Of a DNA stretch of 64,000 nucleotides, positions 25,217-37,813 are shown in pieces. The stretch covers positions 220,111,747-220,175,746 of the forward strand of contig NC_085842.1 in NCBI RefSeq assembly GCF_035594765.1, read 5' to 3'. How positions within the stretch are numbered: the stretch's first letter is position 1; each line of letters opens with the position of its first letter. The notes below the pieces were generated by a model. It saw only the letters and a list, made by a program, of their open reading frames with translations. It was not told the DNA's origin and did not search any database. The position numbers and the translations under genes are program-made. Source of the stretch: Anolis carolinensis (lineage: Eukaryota).

Positions 25217-26027
25217 TAGGCTTGGGCCCAGATCAGTTTGACCAAAAGTGATTTGTAATATTTGGTGGTTCATTTTGTATAATTCCCTGAAAACAGAATA
25301 GGGAGGACGGAACTGGAAAGCTGGCTAAAACGGATCAAGCCGGATATTTTGGCAACTGGAGATGATGGAGTTAAGTCTATAATATTCCTGAGCCAGGGAT
25401 CTGCTGCGGGGGCTCCTGGAGAAGATGGGATTAACTGTAGCGTCTTCTCTCCTTCCCTGGCAGCAGAAAGGTTCCCTAGGCTCTCCTTCAGAGAGGACCC
25501 TGCTGGGAACTCACTTTCCCAGCAGCACCTGCGTGGGGGGTGTCATTGAAAAGTCTCTGAGTTTCTTTTGGAACATGATGGGAGTTGAAGTTTTTTTTTC
25601 TCTTTCTGTCTCTCATCCAATAAAAGGCTTGATTGTGTCCATGCTCCGCTTGGCTGAGAATGGGCACAACTGGTGACTACAATTCCCAGAACCCTCTCTT
25701 GCAGTTTGTTGTATTTTTAAAAATGTTATGGTAAAAACTTAAAATAATTCTAAAAAATCAGTAGATTGGTGAATTCTTCTAAAACTTGGCAGGCCTACAG
25801 TTGTAAATGGGGTATAAAACTGAGGTAGGTTTCATGCAGATAGGCCTTAAAATGGCTGAGGATTGAGCCTTTCAGGTTTCCCATTGTAGCTAACGGGCTG
25901 AATCTTTGCCAAATGGAAATGGCAACACTACTCCCGATTCGGGTAACTTCCCAGTAAACCGAATAAGGGGTTAACCAAAAAATGGATCCTGAAACAGCAT
26001 GCCTTTTGGCCAAATTGCACAAGTCTA
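25217..26027. mobile_element. hAT (Ac-like TIR) non-autonomous element
   Basis: Ends taggcttgggc...gcacaagtcta; putative TSD ctccttct/ctccctat (6/8). Confidence 0.55.
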
Positions 26028-27116
26028 CTCCCTATAGCTATTACCTTGGCTCTGTTATACAGATTGACTTAGTTCCTGGATCAGACATTTCATCCTGTTA
26101 AAATGCAAGCTGAAGCCTTGTCACACTTGCATGTTCTGTTGGATGGGGGTCACTGTGTTTTATACTCAGATATAATAGATCGTAAAAGGTGCTATTGCTT
26201 ACTTATGCCACTTCCCCCACTTGCCCATGGCCTTATTCTTTCAAACAAGACAACATTAATAGCTAGGAAGATGGATAGTAATAGGTAAGCTCAGTTGCTA
26301 CTATCAGCTTCTGTTGATAGCAATATCATTGCAGGTTTTACACCTACGCACACGAAGCAAAAGATGAGCTGTATCTTATACAATATAAGCAACAGACTAA
26401 TGATATTTCACAGAATGTTAAAATAAAATGATTATGAGCTTTGTGAGTTCATTGCCTGCAGGGGAGAATTAGTATTTAGGTAATTGTACTTTTGACTTAA
26501 TGATCTTTTAAAGGGATCTCTGTTTTATATTACGTCTTTCTTATGCATTACCCCTGTTACTCCAAAAAGTGGTAAGTATTTGGAGTTCCACCTACTCATA
26601 CCATACCATTGTCAAGTTTCTGATTAGCCTTTTCTTTCTTTGGGATGACTAATACAGATTGCCACTAGTGAGTAATATAGCACATGTTGGTGAGAATGGA
26701 AAAGGTGTCTGATTTTCAGTCACTAAAATTCATTCATAACAGGCACCTTGTCATCTATCTATGCATCTCATTTTCTTGGATTAGATTGGTAGTAAACATG
26801 TCTGAAAGTAGCCTGATACTGTCAAAATAGGGTCAGTTTACAGGTGGTTCTGGATTGTATATTGAGATACTTTATGCTTAAGCTTTCAAGATAAATAAAT
26901 ATCATTTTCCTGCCCAATCACCTATTTAATTAGGTAGGTCTTGCTAATAAATGTCATCAGGTGTGTTCAGTGCTGTAGTATTTCTAGTTATTTCTAAATA
27001 TTCCCACACCTGGGACAACAAGGGAGTACCTGCTTCTTCCCATAGTAATTATTTTAATTTGGGTATCCATAGCTTGGCCTTTCACCTTAAGTCCCCTTGG
27101 AGAGATAGAGCAGGTT

Positions 27117-27167
<51 letters not shown>

Positions 27168-27445
27168 AATAATCTATTTAAAGATCGAATTACAAAGACT
27201 CTGGCACAAGCCAGTCAAGATGGTCCCAGTGGTGATCTGGGTGCAGTGCCTAAAGACCTTGGTCTGCACTTAAACACAATCAGCGCTGACAAAATTACCA
27301 GCTGCCAGCTGCAGAAGGCCACCTTACTGGGATCTGCACACATTATTTGCCGATACATCACACAGTTCTAGACACTTGGGAAGTGTCCAACGTGTGATCC
27401 AATACAACAGCCAGCAGTGTGTCTGCTGTGGACTCATCTTGCTGT

Positions 27446-27484
<39 letters not shown>

Positions 27485-27750
27485 TTCAAAGACTCTGGCA
27501 GAAACCAGTACAGGTGGTCCCGGTGGTGATCAGCACATTGGGTGCGGTGCCAAAAGATCTCAGCCGGCATTTGGAAACAATAGTCATTGAAAAAATCACA
27601 ATCTGCCAAATGCAAAAGGCCACCCTACTGGGATCTGCACACATCATCCGAAAATACATCACACAGTCCTAGACACTTGGGAAGTGTTAGACTTGTGATT
27701 TTGTGATACGAAATCCAGCATATCTATCTTGTTTGCTGTGTCATAATAAG

Positions 27751-27801
<51 letters not shown>

Positions 27802-27910
27802 CATCACACAGTCCTAGACACTTGGGAAGTGTTCGACTTGTGATTTTATGATACGAAATCCAGTATATCTATCTTGTCTGCTGTGTCATACAATATAATA
27901 ATAATAATCA
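27117..27910 (+). mobile_element. Tandem array of three 5'-truncated R4/Dong-clade LINE ends separated by (TAA)n
   Basis: Units ~27177-27448, 27484-27743 and 27801-27890; encode parts of LQRLWQKPVQVVPVVI...QKATLLGSAHIIRKYITQS*; preceded by (AAC)n. Confidence 0.88.
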
Positions 27911-28749
27911 TCATCATCATTATCCTCATCTGAAATTCACTATATTTTGATGCCATGGAGAATACTATTTTAAAAACGACTTAATGTATAATTTCTGTCA
28001 CAATTATTCAAAGTTTCCAGAAGCCTTTGCTTGCTCCTATAAGATCTTGAAAAGGTGTTGTTTTAATAAGGACAACAATATCTATAAAGAGATGCCACTA
28101 AGCATTGTACACAAAGATGCCACTAAGTATTGTACAATAACAGTGACAAAATAAAAATTCACAATCAAATAATGAAATCAAACACAACATGAAACTACCA
28201 GGAAAAGATGCAATAGTCACACTGTCAGAAATAAAAGTGTACAATATTTTACAGGAAAGTTTAAAATGTCTAGGAGAACACAAAAAGTGCACCTTCCATA
28301 GAAGGGCATTTTCATTGGGGGTAGTGTCAGTGACACATCTCAAGGGAGATTTGCCAGTTCTCTTGCCAGCTGTGTTGTGTATGAGAGTGGGCACTTTTTA
28401 AAACCAGGGTGGACAAAGTGTGGCCCACGGGCTGCCTGCCTGTGAAAAAGCAGTTCCCCTAAATTTTTACCACTCCTTTTTTTCCAATTTTTTTTTGCCT
28501 CAAAATGCTTTCTAGAGGCCCAGGAATCTGAAGACTGTAGACTGATCTGAAGACTGGTGAGAACATCCTCATGTTCCCCTACAAGGAATTCCGGTGGGAT
28601 AGGGGATGACCACAATATTTTTTGCAGGGGGTATTAAGGATTGTATCCAAAGTCATGAATGGTTTAGCACCTCAATAATTTTGCAGGCTATTCCGTATGT
28701 AAACCTGCCCAAAGACTGAGAAGACCTCCTCCATGGTAGGCCATTGGGA

Positions 28750-29090
28750 AGACTATGGTGTGGTAGATGTGAAGGAGGGCTTTCTCAGCTGTGGTTTCCT
28801 CAATTGTTGAATATTCTCCCTCTGGAAGCTTGATTGGTACCAACACTGGCTTCATTCTAACACCAAATAAAAGCATGGATTCTAAAAATAAATTCTTTAG
28901 GACCTAATAGATTTATTTCAAAATGTGCATGCTGTTAAAAGCTGTTTTAGGGTGTGAAACGATACAGTATGATTTTAGTCTGTTTAAACTGTTGTTATCT
29001 TAAATTTTCAATTGTTTCAAATGGCTTTTATTGATTTTTATCTAGGATTAAATCTTATATTCAAGAATATCAGGTGGAATACAACAACAG
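28750..29090 (+). mobile_element. Old L2 3' fragment
   Basis: agggctttctcagctgtgg...tattctccctctggaag, a degenerate RAFS..WN.LP region. Confidence 0.4.
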
Positions 29091-30469
29091 CAACACCACG
29101 TCATTCAAGTTTCAAAACAGTAGCTTTGCCATGCTCTACTATTCGGCAAGTTTAATAGAAACCCAAAAAAGACATCTCATCCTCATGCCAAGTTAATAAA
29201 AGCAGTTATGCTTTTCTTGGACATTTCCGTGAATGGGGTTACATAATTCTACACAGGTGATGGCAGTTTTCTGCTTTCTGAAAAGGGCAAATTTCTACAA
29301 GTCTAAGAGCTGAAAGAGGATCTTCCTGCCCCTCCTTCTCTGTACAAGTTAATAAACTGGATCATCATGTACGCCTTTCTGACTTACATTTGTAACTCAT
29401 TCCTTTAGTCTCCCCGTAGCTAGAGGGGCCTTTTACCCATCTGCTGAGTAGACTGTTGGATTAATATTTTCAATTTATTGTCAGACTCCAGCTATAGCCG
29501 AGGCAAGGGCGCACTAATGTCTGCCCAAAAGCAGTACATTAAAATAGCTCTTTCCCTATTTGAGTACTTCCTTCCCCCCTCCCCAACACCCCCAGAAATA
29601 GCTTCAAAGGGAGTTTGAAATACTTCTTCAGCAGTGCTTTTTTAGGTTAAGGATGGATTCCCCAGCGTTGGCTGAATCGCAAGCAGGCTGTATTAAGAAT
29701 TCACCTTCTTCACTTACCTGTCCTTCAGTTTGTTTAGAATGCCTCGTCTCTTTTGAGCACATCCAAATGTTTACAGGTATGACAAACTCCTTTTACCTGC
29801 TTGTCCCTGCTTGCTGCATATGGAATTTCCCACAAGACTGCTTTCCAGAAAAGAAGAGCAGCTTGACACAGCTAGTGTCAGAAATAACATAAATTGCCCA
29901 ACTCCATTTGCATCCATCACTCATTTTGCGTACCCGTTTCCATTCATTAAGTATATCATACAGACAAAGCTAATTCCACCACCGCTTCTCAGCAGAGGTC
30001 TTTATCAATTGTGGTAAGAATCTGATCTTGGCACCATGTTGTCTTGATATCTTTCAAGGAATGCAGTAAAAATCCCACTCATGAAACAGGGATTGACATT
30101 CTGGCAGAGATGGAACAAAGGTTGATGTGGGTGGCTCTAGTGAGTCATGGCTATATCTCAGAAGCACACACAAAGAATACCTAGTGATACATTCCAGGTA
30201 ATCTAACTTTTTAAAGGGTGTAAGACAGCTAATGAATCACTGTGTATAAATGATCCCACAATGAAGCAACATAGTACAAAATAGAGCAGCTGTATGTTAC
30301 TTAAGATATAATTGTCCAGCATGAAGTAAGTGGATCTTGTCTATAATTCTGAAACTTGAATAACAGTAAATTCTTGCACCTGTCTCCACTCAGTTCAATG
30401 AGATATAGTCCTTCATAAGTGTCTATAGAATTGCAGTCTTTGCTATGTTTTGGAGAGTGTATGTGTATA

Positions 30470-30600
30470 TCTTCAAGTTGCCCATTGACTTATGGTGAAG
30501 CCATGGAATACATAGGATTTTCCTAGGCAAAGAATAGTTGGGTGTTTTGTTATTGCCATTCTCTGAAATATAGCCTACAGCACTTGGTATTCCTTGTAAG
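30470..30600 (-). mobile_element. 5S rRNA-derived SINE (5S-Sauria-like) 3' part
   Basis: Reverse complement gives gaataccaagtgctgtaggct (5S 3' end) followed by an RTE-like tail. Confidence 0.65.
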
Positions 30601-30634
30601 TGTATCATTGTAGTGGAGAAAGAACCATGTAGGC

Positions 30635-30900
30635 TTCGTTCCCAAACTTTTGTCCTTCGGGTTTTAGAGTTCAGCTCCCAGAAATACTCACAGTTGGCAA
30701 AGCTCTCTAAGGCAGTGGTTCTCAACCTGTGGGTCCCTAGGTGTTTTGGCCTACAACTCCCAGAAAACCCAGCCAGTTTACCAGCTGTTGGATTTCTGGG
30801 AGTTGAAGACCAAAACATCTGAGAACCCACAGGTTGAGAACCACTGCTCCAGGGCTTCTGGCCATTGAAACCCCAAACACCCAAAAGTTGGGAATCACTG
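30635..30900. mobile_element. Older hAT MITE hosting a nested MITE
   Basis: ttcccaaacttt...aaaagttgggaatcactg termini. Confidence 0.6.
30713..30846. mobile_element. SPIN/Charlie-like hAT MITE (nested)
   Basis: Perfect 16+ bp TIRs; TSD ctctaagg/ctccaggg. Confidence 0.9.
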
Positions 30901-30929
30901 GTCTACATGGTTCTTTCTCCAATATACCA

Positions 30930-31301
30930 GTAATATATCCCTCTGATAGACATACTGCGATTTTGCACTTTATCTCTTTTCCTATCCCATCCTACCCCAA
31001 ACTCTCCTAGATGACCTTGTGACACTTGTCTAGGCACTGGTCTAGTAACTGTGCACTTTTGACTTGACCCCCCGCCCCATTTTATCAATTGGCGGTGAAG
31101 TTGTTTTATGACCTTCTCTTTTATCTGGTTATTATGGTTTTTATTTGTATAATTGTGTTTGAATTTGTTTATTTTACTTGATTGTCGTATTGTTTTTGTT
31201 TTATATGTTTTAACTTGTTATACCTTGTTCTTCTTTTGGGATTGGCCCCATGTTAGCCACCCTGAGTCCCTTCGGGGAGATGGTGGCAGGATATAAAAAT
31301 A

Positions 31302-31351
<50 letters not shown>
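30930..31351 (+). mobile_element. L2 3'UTR and tail with (TTA)n
   Basis: ccaccctgagtcccttcggggaga tail; homologous to 63745-64000. Confidence 0.75.
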
Positions 31352-31384
31352 GTGTATTTACAAGAACCAATAAAGTGAATCAGT

Positions 31385-31510
31385 CTCTGAAGAGGTGCTT
31401 TGCCTTTGCCTTCCTCTAAAATATTACCTGGTATTTCTTGGTGGTCCTCCCATCAAGTCGTAACCACCAGATCTCACTTTCCTTAGCTCTTCTGAGATCA
31501 GACAGATCTT
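31385..31510 (-). mobile_element. 5S-derived SINE head fragment
   Basis: Reverse complement resembles 5S: gatctgtctgatctcagaagagctaag...gatgggaggaccaccaagaaataccagg. Confidence 0.55.
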
Positions 31511-31656
31511 CAGGTTATTTTAATCTTTGTTCTGTGTATTTTAATATATGTATCCTGTAAAAATACATTTTAACATGTGTATTTTATATACACAGCTCTG
31601 TCACCTACCTTGAGCAACAAGAAATGGCAGAAAAGAAATAAAATTATTATTATTAT

Positions 31657-31751
31657 TGATTTATTTGTACATAACAACACAGCACACATGCATATTACAG
31701 TAGGTTCAAGTGTCTGGGTTTCATCTCTGAATATCGAGCTCTTCTCAAGGG

Positions 31752-31753
<2 letters not shown>
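31657..31753 (-). mobile_element. Probable R4-clade 3'UTR tip of a different subfamily
   Basis: Short segment bounded by TAA repeats on both sides; minus strand cccttgagaagagctcgat... Confidence 0.45.
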
Positions 31754-31801
<48 letters not shown>

Positions 31802-31804
<3 letters not shown>

Positions 31805-32241
31805 GACACAGCAAACAAGATAGATATGCTGGATTTCATTTCACAAAATCACAAGTTGAACATTTCCAAGTGTCTAGGACTGTGTGATGTATTTTCGGAT
31901 GATGCGCGCAGATCCCAGTAGGGTGGCCTTTTGCAGTTGGCAGATCGTAATTTTGTCAATGTCTATTTTTTCCAAATGCTGGCTGAGATCTTTTGGCATG
32001 GCACCCAATGTGCCGATCACCACCGGGACCACCTGCACTGGTTTCTGCCAGAGTCTTTGAAGTTCAATCTTGAGGTCCTGATAGCGGCTGAGTTTTTCCT
32101 GTTGTTTTTCGTCAATGCGACTGTCACCTGGGATGGCAACATCAATGATCCAAGCCTTTTTCTTTTCCACAACTGTGATGTCTGGTGTGTTGTGTTCCAG
32201 AACTTTGTCAGTCTGGATTCGGAAGTCCCACAGTATCTTTG

Positions 32242-32243
<2 letters not shown>
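31802..32243 (-). mobile_element. R4/Dong-clade LINE 3' fragment with restriction-like endonuclease (RLE) domain
   Basis: Open frame KILWDFRIQTDKVLEHNTPDITVVEKKKAWIIDVAIPGDSRIDEKQQEKLSRYQDL... carries the PD...D...EK..xY RLE motif; flanked by (TAA)n on both sides. Confidence 0.92.
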
Positions 32244-32290
<47 letters not shown>

Positions 32291-33280
32291 TGAGTTCTGT
32301 GTTGTGATACTAACGATACTGATTCATATTATTCAAGTTTAGTTTATACAAGCTAAAAAGTTGATAAATCATGGGCTGGGACATTTGGTTAACAGTACTT
32401 ATTTGGGCCAATTACGTGTGCTTTATCTGATTAAATGATTTTCTGGACAAACTCCCTATTTTTTGTGCAGAAAAAGCAGATGTATTTGGATAAAAAAGAA
32501 ATTTCAGATACATCCCATGTCATGAAGTTCAAATATTTACATGGCTGTTACCCATTATTTCAGTGAGGTATATCAAGTGTTAACTCTTTTCTGCTAAGGA
32601 TGTAGGTATTAAAAGGCATTTTTTTTACATTTAGTACCCATTGAGGTTTACTTATGCAGAGCCAGCCCTATCATTAGACAACGAGGCAATATTCTCAGGC
32701 ATCAGATTATATGGGAGCAAGAGTAGGCCCTCAGCCAATGCTCCTATTTACTTCTGATCAGGGAGAGGCACAGTTAACTTGCACTGTATAACTCATCCTA
32801 TATTGTCAAACTAACCTGCTGCCCTCATATGTGATGGAGGACAATGTGGAAATAAAATTTAACTGCCAATTTAGTTCACGTCTGTAAATGAATGGCACAG
32901 CATCTTGTCCTTTGCTTTAGGCAGCAAAACATTTTTGTCTGGTGCTATCATTATGGAGAAAGTAGGTCTTAAGGGCTAAAAAAAAAAAAGATGACAACAA
33001 AAAATTCCAGCCAGACCAGGGAGAGCTGATGTCTTTGATTCTTGCGTTTCTAGTGTCCTTCTTTAATTCTTGTAACAGTAGAGTGTGGAGTTCGCATATT
33101 TCTGATTATAAGTGGCCATTTGTAACAACAAACTATAACTTGCATTTGCACCATATATGATACAGTAACACTTGGCACTTTGTGAATTGATGGCCATTAG
33201 TTTTGTCTACTGTTGTTTTAAAATTATATTATTTTGATTATATGCTATATGTGTTTTATGTACTGTTTTTACCTGTTGTA

Positions 33281-33607
33281 TGGCGCAGCGGGTTATACTG
33301 CCGAGCTGCAGAACTTGCTGACCAAAAGGTTGTGGGTTCGAATCCGGGGAGTGGGTGAGCTCCCATTATTAGCCCCAGCTTCTGCCAACTTCGCAGTTCG
33401 AAAACATGCAAATGTAAGTAGATCAATAGGTACCATTCCGGTGGGAAGGTAACGGCACTCCATGCAGTCATGCTGGCCACATGACCTTGGAGGTGTCTAC
33501 AGACAACACCGGCGCTTTGTCTTAGAAATGGAAATGAGCACCAGCCCCCAGAGTCGGACACAAATAGACTTAATATCAGGGGAAAACCTTTACCTTTACC
33601 TTTACCT
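33281..33607 (+). mobile_element. Sauria SINE inserted in an L2 tail (33220-33697)
   Basis: A box tggcgcagcggg, B box ggttcgaatcc, (ACCTTT)n tail. Confidence 0.95.
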
Positions 33608-33998
33608 ATGTTATATGTGCACCCTGGAGTGCCTTTGTAAATCACCCCGTGTCCCTTCGGGAAGATGATGGCAGGATATAAATGAAGTTTTATTATAAAG
33701 TTTCATAAACACACACACAGAGATATATATATATAGATATAGATGTATACATAATATCATTATTATTTAATATGTAAAAGTAAACTCTGCACACTACAGT
33801 CTACACGAATACACTTAAATACAGTACAATAGAAAAGAAACACCAATACAAAATACACAGAATCATGTAATAACTATCCTTTTCAAACAACCAAGCAAAC
33901 CAACTGTCATGGATTTTGAACCACCTTCTCATACATTATGTATAGATACACCTCAGTTAATAAAGCAGTTGTGTTACCGGGTATCACCTCTTTAACCT

Positions 33999-34190
33999 AA
34001 ATGTGAGTAGATCAATAGGTACCGCTCTGGCGGAAAGGTATGGGCACTCCATGCAATCATGCCAGCCACATGACCTTGGAGATGTCTATGGACAATTCCA
34101 GCTCTTCGGCTTAGACATGGAAATGAGCACCAATCCCCAGAGTCGGATACGACTGGACTTAATGTTGGAGGAAAACTTTTACCTTTACCT
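33999..34190 (+). mobile_element. 5'-truncated Sauria SINE
   Basis: aatgtgagtagatcaataggtaccg...ttacctttacct. Confidence 0.9.
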
Positions 34191-34770
34191 ATTATATATT
34201 GACTTTTATTATATACATAGATTAACAATATGCATATGTGAAATGAAGCAAACATTTTGAACCTTCCAGAGAGTACTTAAAGGTTTCTACCAGAATGCAT
34301 TCAAGTATTATCTATTTCCTGTCACCAGCCACCACTTTTCTTGTGAGTTCCATTTTGGCCAGGCTTCTAGGTGTATGTTTCTTTAACAAGTAAGCAATAA
34401 CTGGCAATTCAACCATATCTGCTTTCACTCTTTCCCCTCTATTCTGATGTTCATGTGTGCTCAGCAAGGGATTATGGAAGTAACTGATATTTACCTTGCC
34501 TGTTGTAGACAAATATACACACAACTATAGTACAGTTGGTCAGAGCAGAATCCCATTTCCCTGGCTCACGTTTTGTTTATTGTATTGTTTACTCCAGACA
34601 CACAGCTGCAACCTGATATTGAAAGTCTATGTTTCTCTATCCTTCCCTCACCATTGTGCAATTTTGATGCTATGTAGAAAATTCAAGTTAAACAGGAGAC
34701 AAAAAGGGAATGGGGAACCCGAGTAGGCATAGACCGGAAAAAAGGATCTGTCAGTTGGGTCCTCAACTCC

Positions 34771-34842
34771 CTGGTAAACTGGCTGGGATTTCTGGGAGTT
34801 GTAGGCCAAAACACCTGAGGACCCACAGGTTGAGAACCACTG
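34771..34842. mobile_element. Half of SPIN/Charlie-like MITE
   Basis: Right arm and TIR aggttgagaaccactg only. Confidence 0.8.
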
Positions 34843-35106
34843 TGTCAGAGGCTTTGTGAATTGCGTAACAACATCAATACTGGATTCATTGCTATTTTTT
34901 TCCATCCATGGAATGAGACAATCCAATCACAATTCAAGTACAATACAACTACGGGATAGATGCAACATTATGCCCTAAGTACCACATACTTTTGATTGTC
35001 CTTTAGCAGCCTCATGTGATCAAGTCCTGAGGTTTTCTGTGATGAATGTGAATAGGTATATCAGTGTTCAATCTGCTTGAAGACTTCCAAGATAGTTATC
35101 CCATTA

Positions 35107-36712
35107 AATATGTGGAGGGGTTGGCACGGGTATTTATGGTATGAGAAAATTAAAGTGGGAAAAAGTTTCAAAAATAATTTTATTAGATCATCTTTGATTA
35201 AAATTTGGGCAAAATATAAAATATATTTCTATGAAAAAACCCACTTTGGCTCTCCCCTCTAGAAGCTAACCAACAGAGATTGCTAGGTTGGAATAATTGG
35301 CCAACATATAGAGAGATTATTAAGAGGTCAACTACAAACACAGACTCTCCACATATCAAATATTTAGAGGAGATCCAAAAAGATTATAAGAATATTTCCT
35401 GGTCTCAGTACTATCAAATAAAATAAAGTTACAAAAAAACAACAACAAAGAAATGGGATTTAACATGACTAATAATTTTTGGGATAATTTACGCCAAAGA
35501 AACAAGAAAATCATAACGATATTATATAATAAACTAGCTGTGCCCAGCCACGCATTGCTGTGGCGAAGTATGGTGGTATGGGAAATAAAGTATTGAGGAA
35601 CTGGTGGTAGTTAAGGTAAAGGGTAAAGGTTTTCCCCTGACATTAAGCCCCTTTCTATGAACCCCCTTCTACACAGCTGGATAAAATGCACACTGAAATG
35701 GATTTTATGGCAGTGTGGAGTCAAGATAATCCAGTTGAAAGCAGATAATATAAGATTATAAATGGGTTATATAGCTGTGTGGTAGGGCCTTGAGTCTACA
35801 CTGCCATATAATCCAGTTCAAATCAGATAATCTGTATTTTATAGGCAGTGTGGAAGAGACCTAAGTGAGGCCTAACTCTGCCTGTCCCCTGGGGTGAGTG
35901 GGTTGCTAGGAGACCAAGTGGGCAGAGCTTAGCCTTCTAACTGGCAGCAATTGTATGAAAGCAATTATTCCTCTCCCTCTAATTAGGACTTCATTTTTCT
36001 TTTCTTTTTGTTGTATAAACGTAGAGGCATGGATGAGGGGTTGTGCTGCCAAGTTTAGTGTTTCTGGGATGTGTAGTTTTGTTGTTTTGTCCTAGGCCGA
36101 AATTTCATTACCCTTATATATATATAGATTATTAGAATGGAGCACAGAAGCAGAAATAATGAAAGAATCAATGTTGAAATGGTCTAGAAATGTGGGCAGA
36201 GCAATAAGCATGGACGAATGGGAAAATATTTGGAATTAAAAAAAATTAAATATTGTTATTGTATAGACCTGAAGGAAAATTGGCTAAAGACAAACCATAG
36301 ATGGTATCTAACCCCTAAAAAACTTGGGTTAATGTACAGGAACAGAGACAATAAATGTTGGAGGTGCAAAGATCAGGTAGGCTCGTATTTCCACATGTGG
36401 TGGAACTGTAAAGAAATCAAAAACTATTGGAAAATAATTCATACTGAATGTAAAAAAAATTAAAAATAGATTTTGATTGTAAACCTGAATATTGTTTACT
36501 AGGACTATATGACATGCAAAATAGTGATGAATTAAATATTTTGAAAGATAAAGATAATAAAGAAAATTTTTTACACACATAGTGACGGCAGCAAGAATAG
36601 TGGTAGCCAGAAATTGGAAAGGATCAACTTGACCCACTAAAACAATGTGGTTGGAAAAAATGATGGATATTAAAAAAATATTGTCAAATTGACTTACTTG
36701 ATTAAAAAAAAA
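35107..36712 (+). mobile_element. L1 LINE ORF2 3' fragment (decayed), split by a Helitron
   Basis: GWHGYLWYEK...LYNK|LLEW...RWYLTPKKL...CWRCKDQVGSYFHMWWNC (CCHC knuckle); frameshifts and stops present. Confidence 0.9.
35534..36128 (-). mobile_element. Non-autonomous Helitron (595 bp)
   Basis: Minus strand starts TC and ends CTAG; subterminal hairpin gccacagcaatgcgtggc; inserted between A35533 and T36129 with no TSD. Confidence 0.92.
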
Positions 36713-37432
36713 TACCGGCAGGCCACGTTATCTGGCCCAGAAATGGCAAGTGGGGAACTGGCCTAATTTGAGACTGCAAGGTGGGGAGTGGAGTGTCAGC
36801 CACTTCAGCCAAACTCTGTAAAGCCAAGTGGGTCAAGGCCATGAGCAAAACAGGTTGTGTGTGTGTCTCCTCAAGAAACCCTGTCAACACACCAAAATAG
36901 AATGACATTTATCCAAGCAACCATTACAAGCAGTTGCTAATAATAACAACTCCAGTATAGACTCTGTGGTAACTGCAGTAGATCTGTTTGATTTTGTAAT
37001 TTGGAAAATGTCTAGCAAAATTGTCACAGCAGGCTTGAGATATTTGATATGCTGTAAGCTTGGAGTTAACTCTTTTTAACCTGGATGTTATACACTGCCT
37101 AGAATGAATCTCATGATACACAGAGCAGGGTGTTTCTCTATGTACTCAGTGAGATTACAGAAGATACCATCCGCATTATGGCATTGCTCTGCAGATGGCC
37201 TAAGCGCTCTATGGCCGGATGCAATGCAATGCTTCCCCCCTGTAAATTTTAGATTCTGACATTGTTGTGGACACAACTGAAGACACCTAAAATGGCCATG
37301 ACATCTGGTTGACCATACTGAGGCATCTATTCCAAAGGTCTACCAGCTGATCAGTGGCGTAGCCATTCAGGCCAATGTACCAATTTTACAAGCGTGTTAT
37401 GGGAACTAGTTGGAATTATGAGTCTCCAGAGG

Positions 37433-37719
37433 TTTTTTTCATGTCAGGAATGACTTGAGAAACGGCAAGTCGCTTCTGGTGTGAGAGAATTGGCTGTCTG
37501 CTAGAACGTCACCCAGAGGATGCCTGGATGTTTTGATGTTTTTACCATCCTTGTGGGAGGCCTCTCACATGTCTCCACATGGGGAGCTGGAGCTGACAGA
37601 AGGAACTCATCCACACTCTTCTTGAATTCAAACCGGCAACCTTCAGGTCAGCAACCCAATCTTCAAGTCAGCAGTCCTGCCAGCACAAGGGTTTAACCCA
37701 TTGTGCCACCAGAGGCTCC
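37433..37719 (-). mobile_element. A-tailed tRNA-derived SINE with Sauria-like head
   Basis: Head ggagcctctggtggcacaatgg; B-box-like ggtttgaattc; TSD agtctccagagg/agtctccaaggg. Confidence 0.88.
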
Positions 37720-37764
37720 AGTCTCCAAGGGTAACTCTGCTTGTCATATAGGGCAGTCAATAAT

Positions 37765-37812
<48 letters not shown>

Positions 37813-37813
<1 letters not shown>

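Noticed and set aside
31874-32170. Penelope or host nuclease gene
   Set aside because: Motifs are RLE-type rather than GIY-YIG, the copy is 5'-truncated, multi-copy in the window and sits in TAA repeats, consistent with R4/Dong
33281-33350. tRNA gene (A and B boxes)
   Set aside because: Head of a Sauria SINE; continues into SINE body with no acceptor-stem closure or terminator
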